Positions 1 to 8,929 of a stretch of 64,000 bases of DNA are shown in pieces; within the stretch, counting starts at the first letter, position 1, and each line of letters starts with the position of its first letter. Below the pieces are notes generated by a model that saw only the letters and a list, made by a program, of their open reading frames with translations, was not told the origin of the DNA and searched no databases. This DNA comes from an uncultured archaeon (GTDB lineage Archaea > Aenigmatarchaeota > Aenigmatarchaeia > CG10238-14 > SCSR01). The stretch covers positions 106,874 through 170,873 of the forward strand of contig CAZEGD010000001.1 in NCBI GenBank assembly GCA_964512235.1. Reading direction: 5' to 3'. The translations under genes were made by a program, and so were the position numbers.

Positions 1-249
1 GCGGAAAAGATGGTAGACAAGGGATATGCACAGGCTATGCTCAAGCCAGGCGTTGCTGGTGTACAAGTGAGGATAATGAAGGAGATGCCGGTTGAAGTGG
101 TGAGAAAGGCGATTGTAGAACCGGAGGGAGAAAAACCAGAAGAGAAGAAAGTCGAAGAAACTACTGAAAAGAAAGAAGAGGAGAAACCAAAGAAAAAGAA
201 GAGGACGGTATCTAAAACCAAAAAGAAGACTGAAAAGGAGAAGGGTTAA
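1..249 (+). CDS. rps3: 30S ribosomal protein uS3, C-terminal fragment (gene continues beyond the left edge)
   Basis: The frame stays open back to nt 1. KGYAQAMLKPGVAGVQVRIM resembles the end of archaeal S3 and is followed by a K/E-rich tail. Lies directly upstream of L29, as in archaeal S10-spc operons. Confidence 0.75.
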   Translation, partial: AEKMVDKGYAQAMLKPGVAGVQVRIMKEMPVEVVRKAIVEPEGEKPEEKKVEETTEKKEEEKPKKKKRTVSKTKKKTEKEKG

Positions 250-316
250 CCATTTATATATTAAAGCGAAAAGTATTTTTGACTCAAAAGAGAGTTAAAC
301 GATAAAGAGGAAAGCG

Positions 317-520
317 ATGAAGACTGTAGAAATAAGGAAGATGAAACCTGAAGATTTGAGTAAGAAACTTTCTGAATTGCGTTTAGAGCTTGCCAAAGAG
401 TTAAGCAATGTTAGAATGGGTAGAGCTGTGAAGAATCCTGGGAAGATAAGAGAGCTGCGCAGGGCTATAGCTCGCATAATGACTGTGCAAAAAGAATCGA
501 AGAGTAAAACGAAAAAATAA
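317..520 (+). CDS. rpl29: 50S ribosomal protein uL29
   Basis: 67 aa. The motifs MKPEDLSKKLSELRLEL and KIRELRRAIARI are typical of L29, and the operon position fits. Confidence 0.9.
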   Translation: MKTVEIRKMKPEDLSKKLSELRLELAKELSNVRMGRAVKNPGKIRELRRAIARIMTVQKESKSKTKK

Positions 521-540
521 AAGAGGTTAGAGATAGTAAA

Positions 541-840
541 ATGCCTGAAATATGTCCGAAGTGCGGATTGCCGAAAGATTTGTGCACGTGTGGAGTAATA
601 GAAAGGGAAATGCAAAAGATAATGGTTCTAGTCGAACGTAGGAGATTCGGCAAATGGACGACTATAGTTGAAGGTGTCACAGAGAATGCAAAAGAGCTTG
701 CCTCTCAGTTGAAGTCGAAGCTTGCTTGCGGCGGCACTGTCAAAAAAGGACGCATAGAACTGCAGGGCGATCACAGAGCAAAGATAAAAGAGCTCTTAGT
801 AAAGGCTGGTTATGAAGAAGGGCAAATAGAGATAATTTAA
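541..840 (+). CDS. sui1: translation initiation factor aSUI1/aIF1
   Basis: 99 aa with an N-terminal CPKCG..C.CG knuckle and a SUI1 core (KLACGGTVKKGRIELQGDHR). Known archaeal position between L29 and Rpp29. Confidence 0.9.
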   Translation: MPEICPKCGLPKDLCTCGVIEREMQKIMVLVERRRFGKWTTIVEGVTENAKELASQLKSKLACGGTVKKGRIELQGDHRAKIKELLVKAGYEEGQIEII

Positions 841-910
841 CCGCTTCCACGCATGTAATAAAAAAGCCGGCGATAGAATAATTTAAATTCCTCTATCCAA
901 AATTAAGTGT

Positions 911-1237
911 ATGTCAATTACAGCGAAGAACTTGCTAAAGCATGAATTGATAGACCTAGAGGTGAAAATAGAGAAGAGTACTTCTCGCAACATGGAAGGA
1001 TTGACTGGTAGAGTTGTAGACGAGAGCTATAACACTTTAACTATAGAAACTGATGCAAAGCCAAGAAAAAGTAAAAAAGTCGTGAAAAAGAAACCTAAGC
1101 TTGTGGAAAAGGTTATACCCAAGAGTAATAGTGTATTTATATTTGGACTCCCTAATGGAGTTAAAGTACAGGTTGTCGGTCAAATGTTGATCGGAAGGCC
1201 AGAAGATAGGATAAAGAAAAGATTTGGAAGATGGTAA
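911..1237 (+). CDS. rnp1: RNase P protein component 1 (Rpp29/Pop4)
   Basis: 108 aa. GLTGRVVDESYNTLTIET matches the G.G.V.DET.NT Sm-like core of Rpp29. Conserved position upstream of S17. Confidence 0.8.
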   Translation: MSITAKNLLKHELIDLEVKIEKSTSRNMEGLTGRVVDESYNTLTIETDAKPRKSKKVVKKKPKLVEKVIPKSNSVFIFGLPNGVKVQVVGQMLIGRPEDRIKKRFGRW

Positions 1238-1240
1238 AGC

Positions 1241-1585
1241 GTGAAGCAAAAAGTTCGTAACATTGGCATAGATGCTAAGTCGCCAAAGAACAGCTGTGAG
1301 GATGTAAAATGCCCGTGGCATGGTTCACTTAGCATACGCGGTAGAGTGATTGAAGGTACTGTAGTCTCTGTGCGTGCGCAAAAGACTACGACTATCGAGA
1401 GAGAATATCTCCACTACATTCCAAAGTATGAGAGGCATGAGCGTAGGCGCAGCCGCATACTCGCATACAAACCGGATTGTATAGACGTAGCTGTAGGTGA
1501 CAGAGTGAAAATCGCAGAGTGCAAACCGCTCAGCAAGACTAAAGCATTTGTAGTCGTTGAGAATGTAACAAAGGGGAAGAAGTGA
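1241..1585 (+). CDS. rps17: 30S ribosomal protein uS17
   Basis: GTG start, 114 aa. [21 protein letters not shown] and the operon order fit. Confidence 0.9.
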   Translation: MKQKVRNIGIDAKSPKNSCEDVKCPWHGSLSIRGRVIEGTVVSVRAQKTTTIEREYLHYIPKYERHERRRSRILAYKPDCIDVAVGDRVKIAECKPLSKTKAFVVVENVTKGKK

Positions 1586-1595
1586 TAGTGATTTT

Positions 1596-1994
1596 ATGAA
1601 ACCGGTTAAAGCAAGAGTGACAAAAGGGCTGCCTGTCGAATCTTATATCAACTGCGCGGACAATAGCGGAGCAAAGGTACTGAAAATAATTTCAGTCCAA
1701 GGATACCATGGTAGAAGGAGGAGAAGGGCAGCGGCTGGCGTAGGTGATATGATAAAATGCTCAGTAAAAGAGGGTAATGTGAAGATAAGAAAGCAGGTAG
1801 TGACTGCAATTATTGTAAGACAGCGCAAAGAGTATAGACGCGCAGATGGGACTAGGGTTAGATTTGAGGATAATGCAGCAGTTCTTGTGAATGAAAAGGG
1901 AGAGACGCGCGGTAGCCAAATAAAAGGCCCTGTAGCAAAGGAAGCGGTGGAGAGATTTACTGGAATAGGAAAGATCTCGAGCATAGTGGTGTGA
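1596..1994 (+). CDS. rpl14: 50S ribosomal protein uL14
   Basis: 132 aa. The CADNSGAK and AAVLVN motifs are present. Confidence 0.95.
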   Translation: MKPVKARVTKGLPVESYINCADNSGAKVLKIISVQGYHGRRRRRAAAGVGDMIKCSVKEGNVKIRKQVVTAIIVRQRKEYRRADGTRVRFEDNAAVLVNEKGETRGSQIKGPVAKEAVERFTGIGKISSIVV

Positions 1995-1995
1995 T

Positions 1996-2388
1996 ATGAA
2001 AAGACCGAAATCCAAGAAGGCAAAGAAGCAACGCAAGTTTTTGCATACAGCGCCTTTGCACATACGTAGGAAGCTTATGTCTGCGCATCTATCGAAAGAT
2101 CTAAAAAAGAAATATGGTGTACGCAGCATGCCTGTGCGTAAGGGTGATGAAATAGAAGTAATGCGTGGCAAGTTCAAGAAACGGACTGGCCGTGTCACGC
2201 GAATAGACACGAAAAAGTACAGATTATACGTTGATGGTGTAATGATCAAGCGTACGGATGGGACTGAAAGGCAGGCACCGCTACATTCATCAAAACTGAA
2301 GATTACCACTCTGGTTTTAGACGATAAAAAGAGGTTAAATGCTTTGGAGAGGAAGAGTAAAAAGATTGTAAAAGGTGGAAAGAAATGA
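1996..2388 (+). CDS. rpl24: 50S ribosomal protein uL24
   Basis: 130 aa. KOW motif (VRKGDEIEVMRGKFKKRTGRV). Confidence 0.9.
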   Translation: MKRPKSKKAKKQRKFLHTAPLHIRRKLMSAHLSKDLKKKYGVRSMPVRKGDEIEVMRGKFKKRTGRVTRIDTKKYRLYVDGVMIKRTDGTERQAPLHSSKLKITTLVLDDKKRLNALERKSKKIVKGGKK

Positions 2389-3092
2389 AGAGGCATTTGA
2401 AGAGGCTTAGATCGCCTAAGTTTTGGCAGGTAAAAAAGAAGGAGAAGAAGTGGATTGTGAGGCCGAGGCCAGGTCCGCACAAGATGTTTGAAAGCATACC
2501 ATTGCTAGTTTTAGTTAGAGATGTGCTGAAGGTGGTTGATAAAGGAAAGGAAGCAAAGAAGATAATCAAGGCAAGAGAAGTGGTTGTTGATGGTAAAGCT
2601 AGAAGGGACCATAAATATCCGGTTGGGCTTATGGATGTTGTATCCATACCAAAGCTTGGGAAAAACTATCGCATAGTCCCGAGCAAGCGAGGACTGGAAG
2701 TAATAGAGATACCTAAAGCGGAGGCGAACAAAAAGATTTGCAGGATAAACGATAAGAATGTGCTCAAAGGCAACCGCATACAATTGAATTGCCATGACGG
2801 CAGGAATATATTGATTAAGGATAAGGGTTACAAGACTGGTGATTCTTTGCTGATAGAACTTCCATCGCAAAAGATCATAGAACATGTGAAGCTTGACAAA
2901 GGCAGCCTAGTACTTATAACAAAAGGCAAAAATGCCGGAATGCTGGCAAGCGTTAAAAAGATATCTGCAGCTACTGCAAAAGAGCGTACGAAGGCTACAT
3001 GCGTGATTGAAGGGGAGAAGAAAGGGGCAGGTGTGGACAAGAATTATGTCTTTGTTGTTGGTAGAGTAAAGCCATTGATAAAAGTTTCATAA
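2385..3092 (+). CDS. rps4e: 30S ribosomal protein eS4
   Basis: 235 aa. N-terminus is MKRHLKRLRSPKFW. ATGA overlap with the L24 stop. Confidence 0.95.
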   Translation: MKRHLKRLRSPKFWQVKKKEKKWIVRPRPGPHKMFESIPLLVLVRDVLKVVDKGKEAKKIIKAREVVVDGKARRDHKYPVGLMDVVSIPKLGKNYRIVPSKRGLEVIEIPKAEANKKICRINDKNVLKGNRIQLNCHDGRNILIKDKGYKTGDSLLIELPSQKIIEHVKLDKGSLVLITKGKNAGMLASVKKISAATAKERTKATCVIEGEKKGAGVDKNYVFVVGRVKPLIKVS

Positions 3093-3108
3093 ATGACAGG
3101 CGGTCAAA

Positions 3109-3621
3109 ATGTCGGATAAAAAATCTATGCGTGTAATAAAAATAGAGAAAGTCACTCTCAACGTAGGTTGTGGTGGTGACAAGAATAATATCGAACGTGC
3201 GAAGAAGCTTTTGAAAATGCTCACTGATAGAACTGCTGTAGTAACGCTTTCCAAGCGTAGGAGCACTTTTGGAATTGCTAAGGGCAAACCTGTGGGTGTG
3301 AAGGTGACTTTGCGCGGCAAAAATGCAGAACGCATGCTAAAGCTTGCGCTGACAGGTGTGGACAACAAATTGAAAGTACAACAATTTGACAATTCAGGAA
3401 ATTTCAGTTTCGGCGTATCCGAGTACATTGAAATGGCAAATACAAAATACGACCATGAAATCGGTATGCTTGGTTTTGACATTACTGTGACTCTGGAAAG
3501 ACCGGGTTTCCAAGTGAAGAAAAGGAAGATAAAGAGAGGTAAGATAGGCCGTAAGCATAAGATTACTGCAGAAGATGCTATGCAGTGGGCGAGAGAAAAT
3601 TTTAATGTTGAAATAGTCTAG
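3109..3621 (+). CDS. rpl5: 50S ribosomal protein uL5
   Basis: 170 aa. IEKVTLNVG and FGVSEYIE..KYD..IGMLGFD are L5 signatures. Confidence 0.95.
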   Translation: MSDKKSMRVIKIEKVTLNVGCGGDKNNIERAKKLLKMLTDRTAVVTLSKRRSTFGIAKGKPVGVKVTLRGKNAERMLKLALTGVDNKLKVQQFDNSGNFSFGVSEYIEMANTKYDHEIGMLGFDITVTLERPGFQVKKRKIKRGKIGRKHKITAEDAMQWARENFNVEIV

Positions 3622-3662
3622 ATGATGATTTAAAAGGTTGGTTAATAAATTAAGAACAGGAG

Positions 3663-3902
3663 TTGAATATTTTGGACGAGACGGATGAAAAGTTTTTGGA
3701 AAGTGTGCTCAACGGAGTTAAAGTGTTGAATGGAATGGAAATAGCTGACCTTACTGTGAAACTTAGTGGCATAGTGCTGAGGAAGGCTGAATTTGATGGA
3801 AACTTCAGCCGCGTCTATTCAAAAGTCTTTGAACGTATGGTTGAGCTTGAAGTTGTAGGTGACGAAGATGTGACAAATATTCTCGGTAAAAAGGGTGGAT
3901 GA
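3663..3902 (+). CDS. hypothetical acidic 79-aa protein inserted between uL5 and uS14
   Basis: TTG-start ORF. Its TGA overlaps the uS14 ATG (TGATG at 3900-3904). No family recognised. Confidence 0.45.
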   Translation: MNILDETDEKFLESVLNGVKVLNGMEIADLTVKLSGIVLRKAEFDGNFSRVYSKVFERMVELEVVGDEDVTNILGKKGG

Positions 3903-4066
3903 TGATGGGGAAGTATAAGACCGCTGAGCGAAAGTATGGCAAGGCCAAATATAAATGTAGGCGCTGCGGCACTACTCACGGTGTAATCCGTAAATATGGT
4001 TTAAATTATTGTAGAAAGTGTATGCGTGAGATAGGAAAGAGTATAGGATTCAAAAAATACAGTTAA
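3902..4066 (+). CDS. rps14: 30S ribosomal protein uS14 (zinc-binding type)
   Basis: Hand-translated 54-aa ORF, below the track cutoff: MMGKYKTAERKYGKAKYKCRRCGTTHGVIRKYGLNYCRKCMREIGKSIGFKKYS. Contains CxxC...CxxC. Expected position after L5. Confidence 0.85.
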   Translation: MMGKYKTAERKYGKAKYKCRRCGTTHGVIRKYGLNYCRKCMREIGKSIGFKKYS

Positions 4067-4128
4067 TCGATTTTCTTCTTATCATAAGTCTAAACTTTAA
4101 TTCCCTTCAATCCAAAAATATATATAGT

Positions 4129-4992
4129 ATGCTCGAATTTGTAGCGCTTGTTATAGCATTTATTGGCTCGTCCATTGCTGCGGGGTGGGATTTACGCACA
4201 ACTGAAATTCCTGATGAGATTTCTTATGTAATGATTGCAGCTGCCTTACTCATCTATGGCATGCAGTCTCTGCTCACATGGAACTATTGGCCATTGCTCA
4301 ACAGCTGCATAGCTGGACTGAGCTTCTTTGGCTTCGGTTTTCTCATGTACTATCTCGGGCAGTGGGGAGGTGGAGATGCAAAGGTGCTTGCTGCAGTAGG
4401 ATTCCTATTACCAGTCACTCCAGCATTTCTAAGTTTGAATCTTTTATTTCCTTTTTCATTCAGTTATGTAATCAACGTCTTTCTTGTCGGTGCAGCATAT
4501 ATGCTTATCTATGCTGCTGCGCTTGCGGCAATGGATAAAAAAATTATAAAAGAGTTCAAAAGGGATGTGAAGGCAAGTGTAAGGGTTATGCTGGCTGCCT
4601 CGGCTTCACTCTTTGTAGCATTCATCCTAATCGGTCTCTATCTGACCATTACTCTCCATTTGAAAGTGAGTATAGAAGCTATAGCAGTGAATTCATTGAT
4701 GCCATTAGGTCTGACGATTGCGTTGTTTATTGTATGGAAGTTTGCAAAGGCTGTGGAAAACGTAGGATTCAAGAAAAGAATTAGCGTGCGTAAGCTGAAA
4801 GTGGGAGATGTGTTGATGGATAATAAGTTGTGGGAAGGTATAACTGAAAAGGAATTGCATAAAATTAGACGGAAGAAAGGGAATGTATGGATTAAAGAAG
4901 GCGTAAGGTTTGCGCCTGCATTTCCCATTGCTTTGTTAGTGACTATACTATTTGGTGACGCATTAATTCTGTTTGTAAAATTCTTTGTTTAA
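4129..4992 (+). CDS. A24-family prepilin/preflagellin peptidase (PibD/FlaK-like), polytopic membrane protein
   Basis: 287 aa with multiple TM helices. First catalytic Asp context GWDLRTTEIPDE; second is GGGDAKVLAAVG. Confidence 0.75.
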   Translation: MLEFVALVIAFIGSSIAAGWDLRTTEIPDEISYVMIAAALLIYGMQSLLTWNYWPLLNSCIAGLSFFGFGFLMYYLGQWGGGDAKVLAAVGFLLPVTPAFLSLNLLFPFSFSYVINVFLVGAAYMLIYAAALAAMDKKIIKEFKRDVKASVRVMLAASASLFVAFILIGLYLTITLHLKVSIEAIAVNSLMPLGLTIALFIVWKFAKAVENVGFKKRISVRKLKVGDVLMDNKLWEGITEKELHKIRRKKGNVWIKEGVRFAPAFPIALLVTILFGDALILFVKFFV

Positions 4993-6275
4993 CTCTTTTC
5001 TAACTTTTCAATACCGTTCATATACGGCCTAAGCGGCTCTGGTATGATAACGCTGCCATCCTTTTGCTGGAACTGCTCAAGGATTGCAAGTATCGTACGG
5101 CTTGTAGCAAGTGCTGTGTTGTTTAGAGTATGCACAAATCCCATTGGTGGTACTCCAGGTTTGTCCCGGAATTTTATATTTAATCTGCGCGCCTGGTAGT
5201 CAGTGCAGTTGGAGTTCGAACCTATTTCTCGGAACTTGTCATCAGCCATCCACACTTCGGTATCGTACTTCTTAGCTGCTATAGTCCCTATGTCACCCGT
5301 GCAGACATTGACTACGCGGTAGTGCAACTCAAGCGCTTGGTAAAGAGCTTCGCAGTTTTGTTGAAGTTCTTCATGCAGCTTCCAAGACTGGTCTGGTAAG
5401 CAGAAGATAAACTGCTCGACTTTGTTGAACTGGTGCATTCGATAGAGTCCTTTTGTGTACTTGCCGTGAGAACCTACTTCCTTGCGGAAGCATGGACTAA
5501 CGCCGCATAGTTTCATAGGCAATTGCGACTTGTCGAATACTTCGTCCATGAACATCGCGCCCATCGGATGCTCGCTTGTCGCAATTAGATAATAATCTTC
5601 TCCCTCAATCTTGTAAGTGACCATTTCAAAATCCGAAAGGTCAGTCACTCCTTCGTACGGCTTTCTCCTTATCATAAACGGTGGTTCAATCACTGTGAAT
5701 CCTCGCTGCTTAGTCAGAAAGTCTATTGCAAACCTTTGTATCGCTAAGTCAAGCAACACCAAATCTCCCTTGAGATAGACAAAACCAGCGCCTGCAACCT
5801 TTGCAGCGCGTTCCGTGTCTATAAGTCCAAGGTCCAATGCTATATCAAGATGATTCTTCGGCTTAAAGTCAAACTTTGGTGGCTTCCTCCAGCACCTAAT
5901 CTCAACATTCTCCGACTCGTCCTTTCCCACAGGCACGCTATCATGTAAAATATTGGGTATACTCATAAGTGCATCATGTACTTTAGCTTCAAACTTTGCA
6001 GCCTGCTTTTCTACATCCTTTATCTTTTCTGGAATCTCCGCGGCTTCTTTCATCTTCTCTTCTGTTTCTTTTCCCTTCTTCTTCAGTTCAGCTATCTCCT
6101 TGCTGATTTCATTCCTCTTCTTCCTTAACTCATTTGCCTTTGCTTTTAGCTCGCGCCATTTTTTGTCCGCTCCAACGAGCATCTTGAATAGCTCAACTTT
6201 TTCCGGGTCTTTCCTCTTCTTTAGATTCTCCAGTACGAATTTTGGATGCTCCCGAATCAATTTTATGTCTAACAT
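4989..6275 (-). CDS. serS: seryl-tRNA synthetase
   Basis: 428 aa with an N-terminal coiled-coil arm. Class II motifs present (FRKE, GSNSNCTDYQARRL, HTLNNTALATSR). Confidence 0.95.
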   Translation of the reverse strand: MLDIKLIREHPKFVLENLKKRKDPEKVELFKMLVGADKKWRELKAKANELRKKRNEISKEIAELKKKGKETEEKMKEAAEIPEKIKDVEKQAAKFEAKVHDALMSIPNILHDSVPVGKDESENVEIRCWRKPPKFDFKPKNHLDIALDLGLIDTERAAKVAGAGFVYLKGDLVLLDLAIQRFAIDFLTKQRGFTVIEPPFMIRRKPYEGVTDLSDFEMVTYKIEGEDYYLIATSEHPMGAMFMDEVFDKSQLPMKLCGVSPCFRKEVGSHGKYTKGLYRMHQFNKVEQFIFCLPDQSWKLHEELQQNCEALYQALELHYRVVNVCTGDIGTIAAKKYDTEVWMADDKFREIGSNSNCTDYQARRLNIKFRDKPGVPPMGFVHTLNNTALATSRTILAILEQFQQKDGSVIIPEPLRPYMNGIEKLEKS

Positions 6276-6364
6276 ACCTTCTCCCTTTTTATTATTTTGT
6301 TTGTTTTTAATTAAATTCTAGCATTTAGGAATTTTTAAACCACTGGAAAACCAATAGTATTTTA

Positions 6365-7660
6365 ATGGTTCACTCAAGACGAAAGAAAAAGCCTAGGTTG
6401 AAGAGAGTTGTGAATCTTTTCACACTCATAATGTACGGTATAGGAATAATACTTGGTGCAGGTATTTATGCACTTGTGGGCAAGGCAGCCGCCCTTACGG
6501 GCAATTCTGTATGGCTGTCATTCCTCATTGCAGCAGCTATTGGCTCATTGACTGGTTTGAGCTATGCAGAGCTTACTTCGATTTTTCCAAAGACTGCGGC
6601 AGAGTATCTGTACGTAAAGAAGGCAACGGACAGCAAAACGATGGCATTTAGCGTCGGTTGGCTTGAGATAGTTGCTGACATTGTTGCGGCTTCTGCCGTA
6701 GCTCTGGGCTTTGCAGGCTATTTCCATGCGATATTCGGTGCGCCTATTGTGCTTACTGCCATAGGATTGGTTGCAGTCCTATCGTTCATAAACTTCTGGG
6801 GCATTGTCGAGTCTACAAGATTTAACGTATTGTTTTCTATTGTGGAGATTGTAGGTCTACTGCTCATAATCATCTTTGGCGCCAATTCAATCGGCAGCGT
6901 TAACTATATGGAATTCGTGGGCGGCGTGGGTGGGACCATAGGGGCGGCTGCACTCATCTTCTTTGCGTACATAGGATTTGAGGACCTTGCAAACATATCT
7001 GAGGAAGCCAAGTCCGCGCGGAAGAATATGCCCAAGGCTTTGTTAGTCTCCATACTCATAACCAGCGTAATCTACATGCTCGTCTCAATAGTCGCCGTGA
7101 GTGTCGTCAATTGGCAGGACCTTGCCGCATCTTCAGCACCGCTCGCTACCGTAGCTTCAGTTATATTGGGACCGCAAGGATTCTTGATTATGTCGGTCAT
7201 AGCACTCTTTGCTACAGCAAACACTGTACTCGTGCTGCTCATAGTCGGCTCGAGGGAGATGTATGGAGTCAGCCGTGACGGTTCGTTGCCCAAAATACTT
7301 TCGAAGATACATCCCAAGCGCAGCACACCATGGGTTGCAGTATTGGTAACAGCAATATTTGCAATTCTTTTCATACTGCTAGAGCGCATAGAGATTGTTG
7401 CGAGCATCACGGACTTCGGTACTCTGGCCGTGTTTGTGTTTGTCAACATCGCTGTAATCATGCTGAGATTCAGAATGCCCAAGGCAAAGCGTTACTTTAA
7501 AGTGCCGCTGAACATAGGAAAGGTCCCGATACTCCCAGTGGTTGGCATGTTCACGTCTGCATTCATGATATTCTACCTAGAGCCTATCACTATCTGGATA
7601 GGTCTAGCAACTACTATAGGCGGAGTTATTATATACGTGCTTTATAAGAGAAAATTCTAG
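6365..7660 (+). CDS. APC-superfamily amino acid permease
   Basis: 431 aa, about 12 TM helices. The motifs GAGIYALVG and AELTSIFP are typical of APC transporters. Confidence 0.85.
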   Translation: MVHSRRKKKPRLKRVVNLFTLIMYGIGIILGAGIYALVGKAAALTGNSVWLSFLIAAAIGSLTGLSYAELTSIFPKTAAEYLYVKKATDSKTMAFSVGWLEIVADIVAASAVALGFAGYFHAIFGAPIVLTAIGLVAVLSFINFWGIVESTRFNVLFSIVEIVGLLLIIIFGANSIGSVNYMEFVGGVGGTIGAAALIFFAYIGFEDLANISEEAKSARKNMPKALLVSILITSVIYMLVSIVAVSVVNWQDLAASSAPLATVASVILGPQGFLIMSVIALFATANTVLVLLIVGSREMYGVSRDGSLPKILSKIHPKRSTPWVAVLVTAIFAILFILLERIEIVASITDFGTLAVFVFVNIAVIMLRFRMPKAKRYFKVPLNIGKVPILPVVGMFTSAFMIFYLEPITIWIGLATTIGGVIIYVLYKRKF

Positions 7661-7666
7661 AAATTC

Positions 7667-8740
7667 CTATCTTGTGATTTTTACCTCTTTGTATACTTCT
7701 AACAATTTCTTATTTGCTGGTTTTTCAAAATATTCTCTTACAGGTTTCACTATTTTGTTGAGTTCTCTTGCAACATTTAGCTTCAAATCCTGCGGGTGTA
7801 TCTTTCCAGCTACATATGCCTTCTCGAGCTTATCGTAGCTTGTGAACTTTTCTGTTCCGCCATACTTTGCCGGTCGTTCAATCTTCACACCCTTCTGATT
7901 CTTGAAGATTATATACCTCGCTATTTCGAGAACTGGATTCATCTCCGCTGTCTTTTCAGGGCACCATGCCTTCTGCAACTTAGCTTTAATTTCTTCTTCA
8001 GAGTCGTGTATGAATATTGCCGTCCAAGGTTTGCTCTTGCTCATCTTCGCCGCTACGACTCTATCCAGTTTATCCTTTAACTTAACCTGTGGCGGTTGAG
8101 CCAATCCCATCAGTAGATGGTGATGGAGCGGTACAGGTTTTGGCCAGCCAAGTTTTGGAAAAACTTCTCTGCTCAGCACATGTGCGTTGCGCTGGTCCAT
8201 ACCACCATGTGGTATATCTTTACCCAGATACCACACATCCACAGATTGCATAGGCGGGTAGATGTATTGCGATAGACTCAGCTTTTCCTTTTCACTTCTG
8301 CCCATTATCGTAAGGCATCGAGCGGCTCTTGCAAGAGTGATCTTAGAAGAGAATTTTATGACATCCTTCCAGTATTCATCATTATTGTGATAAATATCAG
8401 AGCCAAGCACGATTTTCGCCTTTGGGCAGAACATCTTAAACGCTTTTTCATAATACTTCGCAGCGCGCAATATATTCTCCCAGACACCGCCAAGTTTCTT
8501 ATTAATAAAGCTGTGCCAATCGGCTAAGTAGACTGTGCAGTCAACACCAGCCTTTGCCAGCTCGTTAATCTTATTGCCAGAGAGTATCAACGTCCCTAGA
8601 TGCAACAACCCACTTATCTCAAACCCTTGGTAATGCTTAGGATGCTCTTTTGTCTCTAGAAGCTCCTGCAATTCTTTTTCAGTTATTATCTCTTCTGTCG
8701 GCTCACGCTTAATGAGCTCAAGCTTGGTTTCTAAGTCCAT
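7667..8740 (-). CDS. tyrS: tyrosyl-tRNA synthetase (archaeal type)
   Basis: 357 aa. Shares motifs throughout with remembered archaeal TyrRS: GFEISGLLHLG (HIGH), LADWHSFINKK, YPPMQSVD, GGMDQRNAH, KMSKSKP, EEIKAKLQKAWCP. Confidence 0.9.
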   Translation of the reverse strand: MDLETKLELIKREPTEEIITEKELQELLETKEHPKHYQGFEISGLLHLGTLILSGNKINELAKAGVDCTVYLADWHSFINKKLGGVWENILRAAKYYEKAFKMFCPKAKIVLGSDIYHNNDEYWKDVIKFSSKITLARAARCLTIMGRSEKEKLSLSQYIYPPMQSVDVWYLGKDIPHGGMDQRNAHVLSREVFPKLGWPKPVPLHHHLLMGLAQPPQVKLKDKLDRVVAAKMSKSKPWTAIFIHDSEEEIKAKLQKAWCPEKTAEMNPVLEIARYIIFKNQKGVKIERPAKYGGTEKFTSYDKLEKAYVAGKIHPQDLKLNVARELNKIVKPVREYFEKPANKKLLEVYKEVKITR

Positions 8741-8929
8741 TCAAACACCATACCTTATATTGATTATTAGTTAGATAGTCTAAAAAACTATATTCTCTTC
8801 CAGTATTATCGCTTCACCACCATTTTGTTTTATCAGCTCCGCTATATCTTTCATTTCTTCATTTGCTTAAAGGTAGGGATTTAACGATAGAAGTTTAAAA
8901 TCTTTAGTAAATGGATTGAAGATGATTCA

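Noticed and set aside
1761-2480. 239-aa minus-strand ORF, and similar long antisense ORFs (15266-15952, 11364-11846, 21812-22505, 25005-25445, 25779-26201, 62957-63496, 3087-3482)
   Set aside because: Each is antisense to a confidently identified gene (L14/L24, primase, ApgM, PCNA, L18e, S9, Nob1, L5). Each also has a low-complexity S/F/L-rich composition. They are shadow ORFs.
3623-3629. ATGATGA (C-box-like) in the L5/orphan-ORF spacer
   Set aside because: There is no D box (CTGA) or terminal pairing at a suitable distance, so this is probably chance.
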